This document shows positions 46,133 to 55,119 of a DNA stretch of 64,000 nucleotides, piece after piece (within the stretch, counting starts at the first letter, position 1; the number at the start of each line of letters is the position of its first letter). This DNA is from a virus. Taxonomy: Duplodnaviria > Caudoviricetes. The stretch is from IMG/VR virus record IMGVR_UViG_3300026549_000040, positions 1 to 64,000 of that record; one strand, written 5' to 3'. The translations under genes and the position numbers were made by a program. The notes under the pieces were generated by a model, which worked only from the letters and a program-made list of their open reading frames with translations, was not told the DNA's origin and searched no databases.

Positions 46133-46346
46133 TCCTATATGCGCAATAGGATGGTGGAAAAGAACGACGAAGCAATAAGCGAGTGTAATGGTTCAAATCC
46201 AAAGTCGGAAGTAGGGTAGAAACGCAAGTAGTAGCCCAAAAGTCCTGTTCGTTATTGTGGATAGTAAACGTATCCCAATCAACTACCATAAGCGTAATAA
46301 GCCTATGCCAGTGGTATGCGTAACATGTTACGAAAAAGGTTGATTA
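46133..46346 (+). ncRNA. unclassified structured RNA with T-loop-like motif
   Basis: ATGGTGG/CTACCAT stem, GGTTCAAATCC at 46190-46200, several hairpins. Confidence 0.4.
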
Positions 46347-46359
46347 TTTAATATTTCGT

Positions 46360-46433
46360 TGCCCCGTTGTGTAGTGGTAGCACAACAGACTTTGACTCTG
46401 TTAGTCCTGGTTCGAACCCAGGCGGGGTAGCCA
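46360..46433 (+). tRNA. tRNA-Gln(TTG)
   Basis: Cloverleaf, U1-A72, CCA. Confidence 0.92.
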
Positions 46434-46505
46434 AAATACATATAGATCTCTTATTCGTTATTTCTTTTCCTCCTTTCATGTAGTGAATAAGGGATCTTTG
46501 TATTT
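46434..46505 (+). ncRNA. hairpin with anti-Shine-Dalgarno loop
   Basis: AGATCTCTTATTC/GAATAAGGGATCT stem; loop contains TTTTCCTCCTTT. Confidence 0.5.
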
Positions 46506-46509
46506 ATAT

Positions 46510-46594
46510 GGAGAAGTGGCGTAATGGTATCGCAGTGCCCTGCTAAGGCATCCTACCTATGGTAGTCCGAGTTCGATTCTCGGCTTCTCCGCCA
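46510..46594 (+). tRNA. tRNA-Ser(GCT)
   Basis: Long variable arm, G73, CCA. Confidence 0.92.
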
Positions 46595-46607
46595 ATAAAG
46601 TATTTGT

Positions 46608-46684
46608 CCGGGTATAGCTCAATTTGGCAGAGTGCATGGTTTGGGACCATGATGTTGCAGGTTCAAATCCTGCTACTCGGACCA
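46608..46684 (+). tRNA. tRNA-Pro(TGG) copy 2
   Basis: Cloverleaf, CCA. Confidence 0.92.
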
Positions 46685-46723
46685 TATATTATATTATGTA
46701 GATAACTAATGGAGGAACTATGT

Positions 46724-46903
46724 ATGAAACCATCAAGTATAGCATGGACAATTAGTATGATTCTATGGCTTATTTGCTTTATTGTAAGTCGTATATTACA
46801 AAAGAATGGTTATGAGACAGAAGCTGGAACATTTTTAGCTATGCAATGGTCTTTCTTAGGATTTAGTTTTATCTTTTTAGGTTTTGGTCATGACTGGTGG
46901 TAA
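46724..46903 (+). CDS. small two-helix membrane protein
   Basis: GGAGG RBS; two hydrophobic segments. Confidence 0.6.
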   Translation: MKPSSIAWTISMILWLICFIVSRILQKNGYETEAGTFLAMQWSFLGFSFIFLGFGHDWW

Positions 46904-46931
46904 AAATTAATAATTATTTATAAGAAACCTA

Positions 46932-46973
46932 TTTACATTAGATAAATTTATGTTATAATAATTATAGGAAGAG
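46932..46973 (+). promoter_or_regulatory. sigmaA-type early promoter with AATTATAGGAAGAG leader
   Basis: TTTACA-N16-TATAAT with TG extension. Confidence 0.7.
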
Positions 46974-47003
46974 GGTATAAAAAATGATAAGGAGGTAAGT
47001 AAG

Positions 47004-47249
47004 ATGATAACTAGAGAAATGTTCAACCTCGTAAATGATTGTTATAACGAAGTAATGGATGATCTCAATGATACATTTGAACAACCAGAACCTATAATGC
47101 CTCACAGTTCAGAAATCATTAGAGATTATAAATCAATAGCTGCAGAAGAATGGGAAGAACTCACAGTTGAAGAAGCAGATAAAATATTTGATAAGATCTA
47201 TAGAATGATAGATGAATCAAGACTTTTAAATGCTATTGCTTGGTCATAA
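47004..47249 (+). CDS. hypothetical early protein
   Basis: AAGGAGGT RBS. Confidence 0.65.
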   Translation: MITREMFNLVNDCYNEVMDDLNDTFEQPEPIMPHSSEIIRDYKSIAAEEWEELTVEEADKIFDKIYRMIDESRLLNAIAWS

Positions 47250-47353
47250 TAAGGAGGTAAGATTATGGGAGCTTTACAGATTTCAGTATTTTTAATCTTA
47301 ATGATTTGGGCTGCAGATAGTGACTACAATAAATTTTAAAGGAGGTAAATATT

Positions 47354-47569
47354 ATGGCTAATAAAAAAGAAGTAAACTCTATAATCAGAATAAATAAAAA
47401 GAATGTACCTTCAATACAGTCAAAAGGGTTGTTCTACTACGTAGATGCAAACAGAAATGAAGAAGGTGATATTACAAATGTAATCTATGGTCTAGTAGAT
47501 AATAGAAAAGGGAAGAAGGTAGTTAAAGAATTCGACTCCATAAAGGAACTGGAAGAATCAATAAAATAA
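47354..47569 (+). CDS. hypothetical protein
   Basis: AAGGAGGT RBS. Confidence 0.65.
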   Translation: MANKKEVNSIIRINKKNVPSIQSKGLFYYVDANRNEEGDITNVIYGLVDNRKGKKVVKEFDSIKELEESIK

Positions 47570-47592
47570 CAAAATAACAAAATATAAATATA

Positions 47593-47640
47593 TAAAAGAT
47601 TGCTAAATTATTTATAGAAAATAATAGCAATCTTTTTTTA
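47593..47640. promoter_or_regulatory. ATTGCTAAAT motif copy 2, embedded in a terminator-like inverted repeat
   Basis: AAAAGATTGCTA...TAGCAATCTTTTTTT; 24 bp identical to 63131-63154; precedes the structural genes. Confidence 0.55.
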
Positions 47641-47655
47641 TTGGGGTTAAATAGA

Positions 47656-47961
47656 ATGATACATAGAGGAACAACTCCTATTATAAGATTTAAATTAGAT
47701 GTAGATACATCTAAGATTTCTAATTTAACTATATTCTTTTCACAAGGTGGTAAAGTAATACTAACTAAGACTTTTGAAGATATAACAATAAAGCCTGAAG
47801 AAAGTTTAGTAGCTACTCCACTAACAAGAGAAGAAACATTACAATTAGAAGCAAATAAAGATCTTCATATGCAGTTAGTTTTAGAATTTAATGATGGAAG
47901 AATTTCTTCAAGTAGATATCTAACGGAATATGTTTATGATATTATGGATGAGGAAACATAA
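47656..47961 (+). CDS. BppU-N-like structural protein
   Basis: RGTTP..RF...FSQG...LTREETL. Confidence 0.55.
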   Translation: MIHRGTTPIIRFKLDVDTSKISNLTIFFSQGGKVILTKTFEDITIKPEESLVATPLTREETLQLEANKDLHMQLVLEFNDGRISSSRYLTEYVYDIMDEET

Positions 47962-48380
47962 TGAAAGATAAGTTTGATTCTATATTCAATGTAGATCTTA
48001 ATCATGACTATGATAATATAGAATTAGAAAGTGTAGATAAAAATTTAGAAGCTTATATAGATGTAGATCTTAATCATGACTATGATAATATAGAATTAGA
48101 AAGTGTAGATAAAAATTTAGAAGCTTATATAGATGTAGATCTTAATCATGACTATGATAATATAGAATTAGAAAGTGTAGATAAAAATTTAGAAGCTTAT
48201 ATAGATGTAGATGCAGATTTTATAACATCTACAGATACTTATGTAAGTTTATCTAAAGACTATAACGATTTATATAATAAACCTTCTATTAATGGAATAA
48301 CATTAATTGGAGATAAATCGTTACAGGAATTATTAGATATAGAAGCAATTGATTGTGGTACAAGTACGACAGTAATATAA
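47961..48380 (+). CDS. tail-fibre-associated protein with internal repeat
   Basis: DYNDLYNKPSINGITLIGDKS motif. Confidence 0.55.
   Translation: MKDKFDSIFNVDLNHDYDNIELESVDKNLEAYIDVDLNHDYDNIELESVDKNLEAYIDVDLNHDYDNIELESVDKNLEAYIDVDADFITSTDTYVSLSKDYNDLYNKPSINGITLIGDKSLQELLDIEAIDCGTSTTVI
47989..48212 (+). repeat. perfect 3x 72-bp in-frame tandem repeat
   Basis: Units start at 47989, 48061 and 48133. Confidence 0.95.
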
Positions 48381-48381
48381 A

Positions 48382-48762
48382 ATGCCTAAATTAAATACTA
48401 GAATACAACTAAAAAGAGATACAACAGAACATTGGGATAATGCTATAGGATTTATTCCATTACCTGGGGAAGTCATAGTATATACAGATTTTGATGAAAT
48501 AGAATATACAGATGAAACAGGTACAATAAAAACAAAACAAATTCCAAATATTAAAGTAGGTACAGGAAATGCGTATGTACAAGATCTAGCTTTTGTTGAT
48601 GAGAAAACTAGAGATTTATTATTACAGCATATATATGATCTAGATCTTCATACTACGATCAATGAAAAATTGTTTTGGAATAATAAGTTGAATGTTGATG
48701 ATGCTGAAGAACAAATTACAGGAGAATTAGAAGAAGAAACATTAATTCTAAATAGGAATTAA
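48382..48762 (+). CDS. Mtd-N/hyaluronidase-N-like tail-fibre anchor protein
   Basis: RIQLKRDT..HW......P..GE...IKVG.G. Confidence 0.7.
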   Translation: MPKLNTRIQLKRDTTEHWDNAIGFIPLPGEVIVYTDFDEIEYTDETGTIKTKQIPNIKVGTGNAYVQDLAFVDEKTRDLLLQHIYDLDLHTTINEKLFWNNKLNVDDAEEQITGELEEETLILNRN

Positions 48763-48778
48763 TTTAAGGATTTTATGA

Positions 48779-50080
48779 ATGGCAGAAATTAGTAAAATTA
48801 TTTTACCTTCTGGTAATACTTATGATATAAAGGACGCTACTGCTCGTGAGATGATTTCTGGTGGTGTTTCTTTTATTATTGCTTGGGATGGAACTGGCAC
48901 TCCAGTAGCAGCAGATATTCCAAAAGGAGTTAAAGCAGGAAGTGTAACAGGTACTTTAGAAGCAGCTGATGCTCAAGCTGGAGCTTTTTATTTAATTAAA
49001 TCTTCAAGTACTCCAAGCTCGGAAACTTTAGATATATATGATGAATATGTAGTAGTAGGTAGTACTACTAAGAGCTGGGAAAAACTTGGAGATACTCAAT
49101 TAAATTTATCTGATGTTGTAACAAATGTTAGTTTAACTAAACAAACTGACGTTGTTTTAGGAGAAGCAACTACTTTCACGAATGCTTCTTCATCAGTTAC
49201 TTTTACTGGTGGAACTACAGATAAAGTACTTGGTGAAGCTACAACTTTTTCTGTAAATAAACCAACTATTACAGTAACTCCATCAACTACAAATATAAAA
49301 GCCACTGCAAGTGGGACAGCAGTTGGAGCGAATGGTACAGCAAAAGCAATTACTGGATTTGGTACTCATACAACAGATACATTTGTAAAATCTGTTACTG
49401 CTGAAACTGGGAAGAATTTAGTTACAACTACGGTACCAAATGTTACAGGAAATACTTCTGTTTCTATTCCAAATGTAACTGGAAATACAAATGTTACAAT
49501 TCCAAATGTAACAAGTGCAGGAACTGCTTCTACATGGAATTTTGCAATGGGGAGTGGAAATGCTGCAGAAACATTAATTATTAGTGGAGCTAATTCAACT
49601 GCACCAACTTTAGGCACATCTTTAAGTGCTTCAAAAGTAACACTTGGAACTGCACTTACTGCAACAAATACAACACTTGGTACAGCAAAAACTGTAGCTA
49701 CTGGAGCTACATCAACTACTGGTACCGGTGATGCAGTTGTTACTGGAGTTACTGTTGGTGATTCAGCTGCCGCTATCACAGCTCTTGGAACTCCTACTAC
49801 AGCAGATGCATTAACAGGAGTTAAAGTTACTTCACAACCTACAGTTGCACTTGCTACCGGAGCTACGGCTGGTACTGGAGTAGTAAGCGTGGCAACCGGA
49901 ATTAGTTCTGCTACTGCTGGAGATCAAACAGTTACAGTCGGAACAAATGATAAAGTTACAGCAGTTACTGGTATTGGTACAGGTACTGCAGCAGCACAGA
50001 CAATTACTGTCGGAACTAATGATAAGGTTACTGTACTTAAGAATACAACAGATGTAAGTGTAACAAAAGGTAACGAATAA
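48779..50080 (+). CDS. Thr/Gly/Ala-rich fibre-like structural protein
   Basis: ISKI.LPSG.TYDIKDA.AR, YDEY...WEKLG; PNVT repeats. Confidence 0.65.
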   Translation: MAEISKIILPSGNTYDIKDATAREMISGGVSFIIAWDGTGTPVAADIPKGVKAGSVTGTLEAADAQAGAFYLIKSSSTPSSETLDIYDEYVVVGSTTKSWEKLGDTQLNLSDVVTNVSLTKQTDVVLGEATTFTNASSSVTFTGGTTDKVLGEATTFSVNKPTITVTPSTTNIKATASGTAVGANGTAKAITGFGTHTTDTFVKSVTAETGKNLVTTTVPNVTGNTSVSIPNVTGNTNVTIPNVTSAGTASTWNFAMGSGNAAETLIISGANSTAPTLGTSLSASKVTLGTALTATNTTLGTAKTVATGATSTTGTGDAVVTGVTVGDSAAAITALGTPTTADALTGVKVTSQPTVALATGATAGTGVVSVATGISSATAGDQTVTVGTNDKVTAVTGIGTGTAAAQTITVGTNDKVTVLKNTTDVSVTKGNE

Positions 50081-50095
50081 TAGGAGGTGATTTAA

Positions 50096-52957
50096 ATGGC
50101 TAATATAAGTGCTATTAAATTACCTAATAATACAACTTATAATCTTGTTGATAATACTAGTGGGTATACGAAAAATACAGGTACAATCACTAGTGTAAAA
50201 ACAACCGCAGGGACACATTCTGTGATTAATGTGACAAGTGGGGCAGCTAATTTTAATGTACCAACAAAAACAAGTCATTTAACAAATGATAGTGGATTTT
50301 TAACATCTCATCAGACTTTATATGAAGCTAATTTAAATTGGGGTAATACAGGTATTTCTGGTAATGTTACTCCTATGGGAGCTAGTTTATCTTCAGAACA
50401 TAGTGCAAATCGTATAGCATATTTAAATCCAGCAGCAATTCAAATTGAATACACAACAAACGGTGGATCTTCTTGGACTGATAGTGGATATAGTGGTACA
50501 GAGAAAACTTGGTTATGTACTGGTAGCCAAAATATTGCGGTTGGACAGTCAAAAAGTGGCTATTCACAATCTACTGCATTAACAACTAATCATTGGACTA
50601 GAATTACCTTAACTGGTCAAAATGGTACTAATACGTATGTTTATACTGCTCCTAGAAAATTATTAGTAAATATGTCTACGGCTGTAGGGGTAGAATGCTT
50701 AGTTGAGTATAAAACAGGAGCTTCTGGAGCTAGTTGGCAAACCTTTGGAACTTACACCGTATCTGGCTGGAGTGGCTGGAATGATATTCCTTTAGTATTA
50801 AGTACTTTTGGTGGGGGTACAACTCAAACCACTAATTATTGGTATTTACGCTTTACTTTTAAAGTTACATCAACAAGAACTGATAGTTATAAAGGTATGT
50901 CCTTTGTAAATGGTTTAAGATTATTTGGTTCAAATGATTGGACATCTGCGTCTTCTGCTAATGGTAAAGGCCCATTTTCATCCACAGGTCATTTATATAG
51001 TTATGATGTAGGAGCTAATGCAACTTTTCCAGCAAAAGTTACAGCTACAGGCGGTTTTAGTGGTAATGTAACTGGTACTGCAACTGGAAATCTTACAAGT
51101 GTTCAATATGATTCAACTAACGCAAAATTAACATATACCAAAAATGGTTCAAATACAGATATTGTAACGGTGGCTACCTTAAAATCTGCATTAGGTTCAA
51201 TGCCAGCTTCTGACGTATATAGTTGGGCAAAAGCTTCAACAAAACCAACCTATACAGCAAGTGAAGTTGGGGCATTACCAAGTACAGCAAGTATTCCAAC
51301 AAAAACCAGTGATCTTACAAACGATAGCGGTTTTATAACTACTGATACTAATACATGGAGAGCAATACAAGTAAATGGTACTCAGATATTAGCTGGTACA
51401 ACAGGTACAAATGCTCTTAATTTAAAAGCTGGAACAAATGTTTCTGTTACAAATTCTAGTGGTACTGTTACTATTGCAGCTACAGACACAACTTATTCAA
51501 GTAAAACTGCAGCAAGTGGTGGTACAGATGTATCATTAGTCACAACAGGTGAAAAATATACTTGGAATAATAAGAGTAATTTAGCTTTAGGTGAAACTTC
51601 TTCTGCTGCTTATAGAGGAGATAGGGGTAAAACTGCATATGATCATAGTCAGAGTACACATGCTAGAACTGATGCAACTGCAGTTACTTCAAGTACTACA
51701 AATGGAAAGATTAAAATAAATGGTACTGAAACAACTGTTTATACTCATCCAGGTTCTGGAACTAATCCTCATGGAACAACAAAATCAGATGTTGGTTTAG
51801 GAAATGTTGGTAATTTTAAGGCAGTTTCTACAGTAGCGAGTCAAGGACTTTCTACTACAGAACAGTCTAATGCTAGAGCTAATATAGGTGCAGGAACAAG
51901 CTCGTTAACTATAGGTACTTCTGGAACTACAGCAGCTGCTGGAAATCATACACATACTACTTCTTTAGCAACAGATACAGGAACTTCCACTGTTACATTA
52001 GCTAGTGCTACTAAATATAAATTAACTGCTGGTGGTAATTCTGTAATATTTGCCATGCCAACTATATCAGACACTAATGTTACTCAAAATTATTCTACTA
52101 CAGATGCAGAATATCCTTTATTGTTCAGCTCTGTTGCTGGAATTAGCTCTACTTCAACTAGAGGAGCAGTTACTGCTTCAGTAAATAATGAATTACATTA
52201 TAATCCACGTCATGGAATTCTTCAAATAAACGGTTTTAATGATTATCAAGGAAATTATTTTTCATTTGGGGAATTTACAATAAATAATTATGGTACTGAA
52301 TTAGGGTTTGTAGGCTATAGTAGTACGGATCATCATGATGCTTATGGATTAAAATTAGGTTCTGATTATGCTTCATTATTTTATACTAATGAAGATGGTG
52401 ATGAAACTTCTATCTCTGTAGGTCCTTCATACATAGATATGACTTGCAATAATAGTGGGATCATAACTATTGGAAGCGATAGTGATGTAGGAGTTGAAAT
52501 TCCTCACTTGTTAACCACAGCAACCGATACAAGAATTGGGGGTGCTAGGTCTTGGAAACACCATACCACAACATCAATAGGGCCCACCCCAGTACAAGTA
52601 AGTTCTAAGACTACTGTTAATTCTTTTTCTACAACATCAGGAAGATATTATGGTATTGAATCAGATCTTGATGGTAGACTATTTGTCAACGTACCATGGA
52701 CAGATACTGATACAAAAGTAACGGTAGCAGAAAATACAAAAACCACTAAATATTATCCTATACTGGCTACAGGTACAGGTACTGCTACAAGACAAATAGA
52801 TACAAATGATAAATTAAATTCAGAAACAGCTTCTGGTTTATATTATCAAAATGCTATATTAGGTACTCCAGGATTAAATGTAGGAGATATTGATTATACA
52901 ATTACAAATGATGAATATTCAGGATTATACGAGACAATTAATGCTTTAATAGGTTAA
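50096..52957 (+). CDS. tail fibre protein
   Basis: PTKTSxLTNDSGF x2, WAKASTKPTYTASEVGA, AYRGDRGK.AYDHS, YTHP, VNVPWTD. Confidence 0.8.
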   Translation: MANISAIKLPNNTTYNLVDNTSGYTKNTGTITSVKTTAGTHSVINVTSGAANFNVPTKTSHLTNDSGFLTSHQTLYEANLNWGNTGISGNVTPMGASLSSEHSANRIAYLNPAAIQIEYTTNGGSSWTDSGYSGTEKTWLCTGSQNIAVGQSKSGYSQSTALTTNHWTRITLTGQNGTNTYVYTAPRKLLVNMSTAVGVECLVEYKTGASGASWQTFGTYTVSGWSGWNDIPLVLSTFGGGTTQTTNYWYLRFTFKVTSTRTDSYKGMSFVNGLRLFGSNDWTSASSANGKGPFSSTGHLYSYDVGANATFPAKVTATGGFSGNVTGTATGNLTSVQYDSTNAKLTYTKNGSNTDIVTVATLKSALGSMPASDVYSWAKASTKPTYTASEVGALPSTASIPTKTSDLTNDSGFITTDTNTWRAIQVNGTQILAGTTGTNALNLKAGTNVSVTNSSGTVTIAATDTTYSSKTAASGGTDVSLVTTGEKYTWNNKSNLALGETSSAAYRGDRGKTAYDHSQSTHARTDATAVTSSTTNGKIKINGTETTVYTHPGSGTNPHGTTKSDVGLGNVGNFKAVSTVASQGLSTTEQSNARANIGAGTSSLTIGTSGTTAAAGNHTHTTSLATDTGTSTVTLASATKYKLTAGGNSVIFAMPTISDTNVTQNYSTTDAEYPLLFSSVAGISSTSTRGAVTASVNNELHYNPRHGILQINGFNDYQGNYFSFGEFTINNYGTELGFVGYSSTDHHDAYGLKLGSDYASLFYTNEDGDETSISVGPSYIDMTCNNSGIITIGSDSDVGVEIPHLLTTATDTRIGGARSWKHHTTTSIGPTPVQVSSKTTVNSFSTTSGRYYGIESDLDGRLFVNVPWTDTDTKVTVAENTKTTKYYPILATGTGTATRQIDTNDKLNSETASGLYYQNAILGTPGLNVGDIDYTITNDEYSGLYETINALIG

Positions 52958-52964
52958 CTAAAAG

Positions 52965-53528
52965 ATGGCTACAAAAACATTATATCAAATTTTAAATAAA
53001 ATAACTAGTATATTAGAAGCAAAAATTTCTAAAGCAGATTATTATTTAGCTATGTGTGAAAGAGTTTATACTCCTTCTGATTATGACTGTGTTTCTAATT
53101 TTCCTGGAGTGACCATATCTGCTAAAAATTTGACGTTATCAGGTAATATGCTTTTTCTTTATTTAAACGTAACAATGACAAGTGCAGCTCAAACTAACTT
53201 AGGTACGGGTAATGTAAAAAATAATTGTATTGCTACTTTTACTATTAATGATTTTTATGGTCCTAGTATCACTGATCCTTTTAATAATTCTGATAGAATT
53301 AAGCGTATAGCTGGAATTTATAACAGAATAGATGGTTTGAGTGGCTATTCTGCTGGAACAGCTTCTGTAGCTACATTTGATATACAATCTACGTTCTCTA
53401 TTCTTTCAGGAGTTGTGACTATTAAAGTATATACTGCTGCTATACAAGCTAAAACATCTAATTTTCGAATTAAAGCACTGATACCAGTTAGAAGAATGAG
53501 ATGGAATCCTGATGGAGGGACAGTATAA
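52965..53528 (+). CDS. putative fibre/receptor-binding accessory protein
   Basis: N-terminal LY.IL motif shared with the next two genes; beta-rich. Confidence 0.55.
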   Translation: MATKTLYQILNKITSILEAKISKADYYLAMCERVYTPSDYDCVSNFPGVTISAKNLTLSGNMLFLYLNVTMTSAAQTNLGTGNVKNNCIATFTINDFYGPSITDPFNNSDRIKRIAGIYNRIDGLSGYSAGTASVATFDIQSTFSILSGVVTIKVYTAAIQAKTSNFRIKALIPVRRMRWNPDGGTV

Positions 53529-53984
53529 ATGAGGTTATATGAATTATTAGATAATATACTATTTTTATTAAGTTGGAAAATATTAGATATATTAACAGAG
53601 CGCTTTATAGTAGGTGATGCAACTATGAATAGTCAAACAGTAGCTTCAGGATTTACAAAGTCAGAAAATTCTAATATTACACTATATGGAAATGTTTTAG
53701 TGGGTTATCATTTTTTGAATAAAAACTCTAATTGGGGTACTGGTAATATTACTAATACACTTGTTAATACAATAACATATACTTTACCTCATGCAGCTTA
53801 TCAATATGCGTCGGCTGGTGGCTCTGGTGCTACAGGATCATTAAAATTACAAAGATACCCGAGTATTGATATAGGTTCAGACTATGTAGGCAAAATTAAC
53901 TATTATGTAGATGCAGTCTATTCTGCAGATGCTTATGCACAAGCAAGATCTAAAAACTATATTCGATATGAATCTTTAATGTAA
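53529..53984 (+). CDS. putative fibre accessory protein
   Basis: MRLYELL; beta-rich. Confidence 0.55.
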   Translation: MRLYELLDNILFLLSWKILDILTERFIVGDATMNSQTVASGFTKSENSNITLYGNVLVGYHFLNKNSNWGTGNITNTLVNTITYTLPHAAYQYASAGGSGATGSLKLQRYPSIDIGSDYVGKINYYVDAVYSADAYAQARSKNYIRYESLM

Positions 53985-54001
53985 AGAGAGATATATAACT
54001 A

Positions 54002-54760
54002 ATGAGACTGTATACTATAATTAAAGGTATAGTAACTTCAACTAAGATGTATTATAACAAAATGAAAGCACTAGATGATTATTGGGCTACAAAACACACA
54101 TTTACGGTTACTGCAACTGCACAAAGTGGATTTTCTAATGTTTCTATGAGTGCTCATACTATTGGAAATGCTTTTAGTTTTGATATATCATTTAACGTAA
54201 CTTCTGCATTATCCACAAATACATACCCAAAGAAAAAAATATGTACTTTTGTTTTGCATGATGATAATCATATTCTTAATCATACAGTTGTTCCAGGAAT
54301 TGAAAATTCTACTCTGTACTCGACAGGTGGTTTAACTACTATTGCTACAACAGATCTTGTTTGGAATGCTACAGCAAGAACACTTTCTGGGAATGTGTGG
54401 CTTTGTGGTGTAGCTGCGGGTGCACTGTCTACAGGTACTACATATACCAGTTATCCTTATGGTATAGCAGGTAGAACTATGGGTGAGTTTAGTTTATCAA
54501 CTATTGATACAGTTCCAAGTCTTACAGTTGATTTTAAATACTTACATGGTTATACTTGGGAAGAGTTTGTAAATAGTAATTATAATACAGATAATTGTTT
54601 TAGTATTGATTCAAATAATTATATTAGATATACAGGTAGTGAATCAGAATTTAAATATTTTATTTGTTCACCTATTCCACGCGAAAACAATGGAAATCAA
54701 TATAGACGTATAGTGACTACAACTGATTATATAAAGTCTACAGAATATATAATTTACTAG
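54002..54760 (+). CDS. putative fibre accessory protein
   Basis: MRLYTII; C-terminal G.TWEEFVNS.YN motif. Confidence 0.55.
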   Translation: MRLYTIIKGIVTSTKMYYNKMKALDDYWATKHTFTVTATAQSGFSNVSMSAHTIGNAFSFDISFNVTSALSTNTYPKKKICTFVLHDDNHILNHTVVPGIENSTLYSTGGLTTIATTDLVWNATARTLSGNVWLCGVAAGALSTGTTYTSYPYGIAGRTMGEFSLSTIDTVPSLTVDFKYLHGYTWEEFVNSNYNTDNCFSIDSNNYIRYTGSESEFKYFICSPIPRENNGNQYRRIVTTTDYIKSTEYIIY

Positions 54761-54783
54761 AGAAAGTATGTGAAAGGAATAAA

Positions 54784-55119
54784 ATGAAAAAAGAAACATT
54801 AATTACTTCTATTGCTTCCATAATAGCATTTATATTAGTAGTTATTAAAATGCTAACTGGTGTTGATTTTAATATTGGAGCTGATGTGATTACAGCTATA
54901 GCAACTTTAATAGCTGCTGGTATTATGTGGTTTATATCTCATTATTATAACCAAGATTATTCTAAGGTTGCTCAAATATTAACACCAATTATGAGATACA
55001 TTAAGAAATTGGCAGAAGAGGGTGATTTAAGACTTCTTGATGAAATTCAAAATTTAGTATATACTTATCAAATGAATGAAGGTCAGGAAGAATCAGAAGA
55101 GGAAGAAAATGACAATTAA
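54784..55119 (+). CDS. holin-like membrane protein
   Basis: Two TM helices, YYNQDYS..A, acidic tail; precedes lysin. Confidence 0.6.
   Translation: MKKETLITSIASIIAFILVVIKMLTGVDFNIGADVITAIATLIAAGIMWFISHYYNQDYSKVAQILTPIMRYIKKLAEEGDLRLLDEIQNLVYTYQMNEGQEESEEEENDN

Noticed and set aside
41707-46289. ORFs at 41707, 44703, 44911, 44987 and 46062
   Set aside because: They overlap tRNA/ncRNA genes.
47989-48212. CRISPR array
   Set aside because: Contiguous in-frame repeats without spacers; the AACAGCAA elements are also not regularly spaced; no cas genes.
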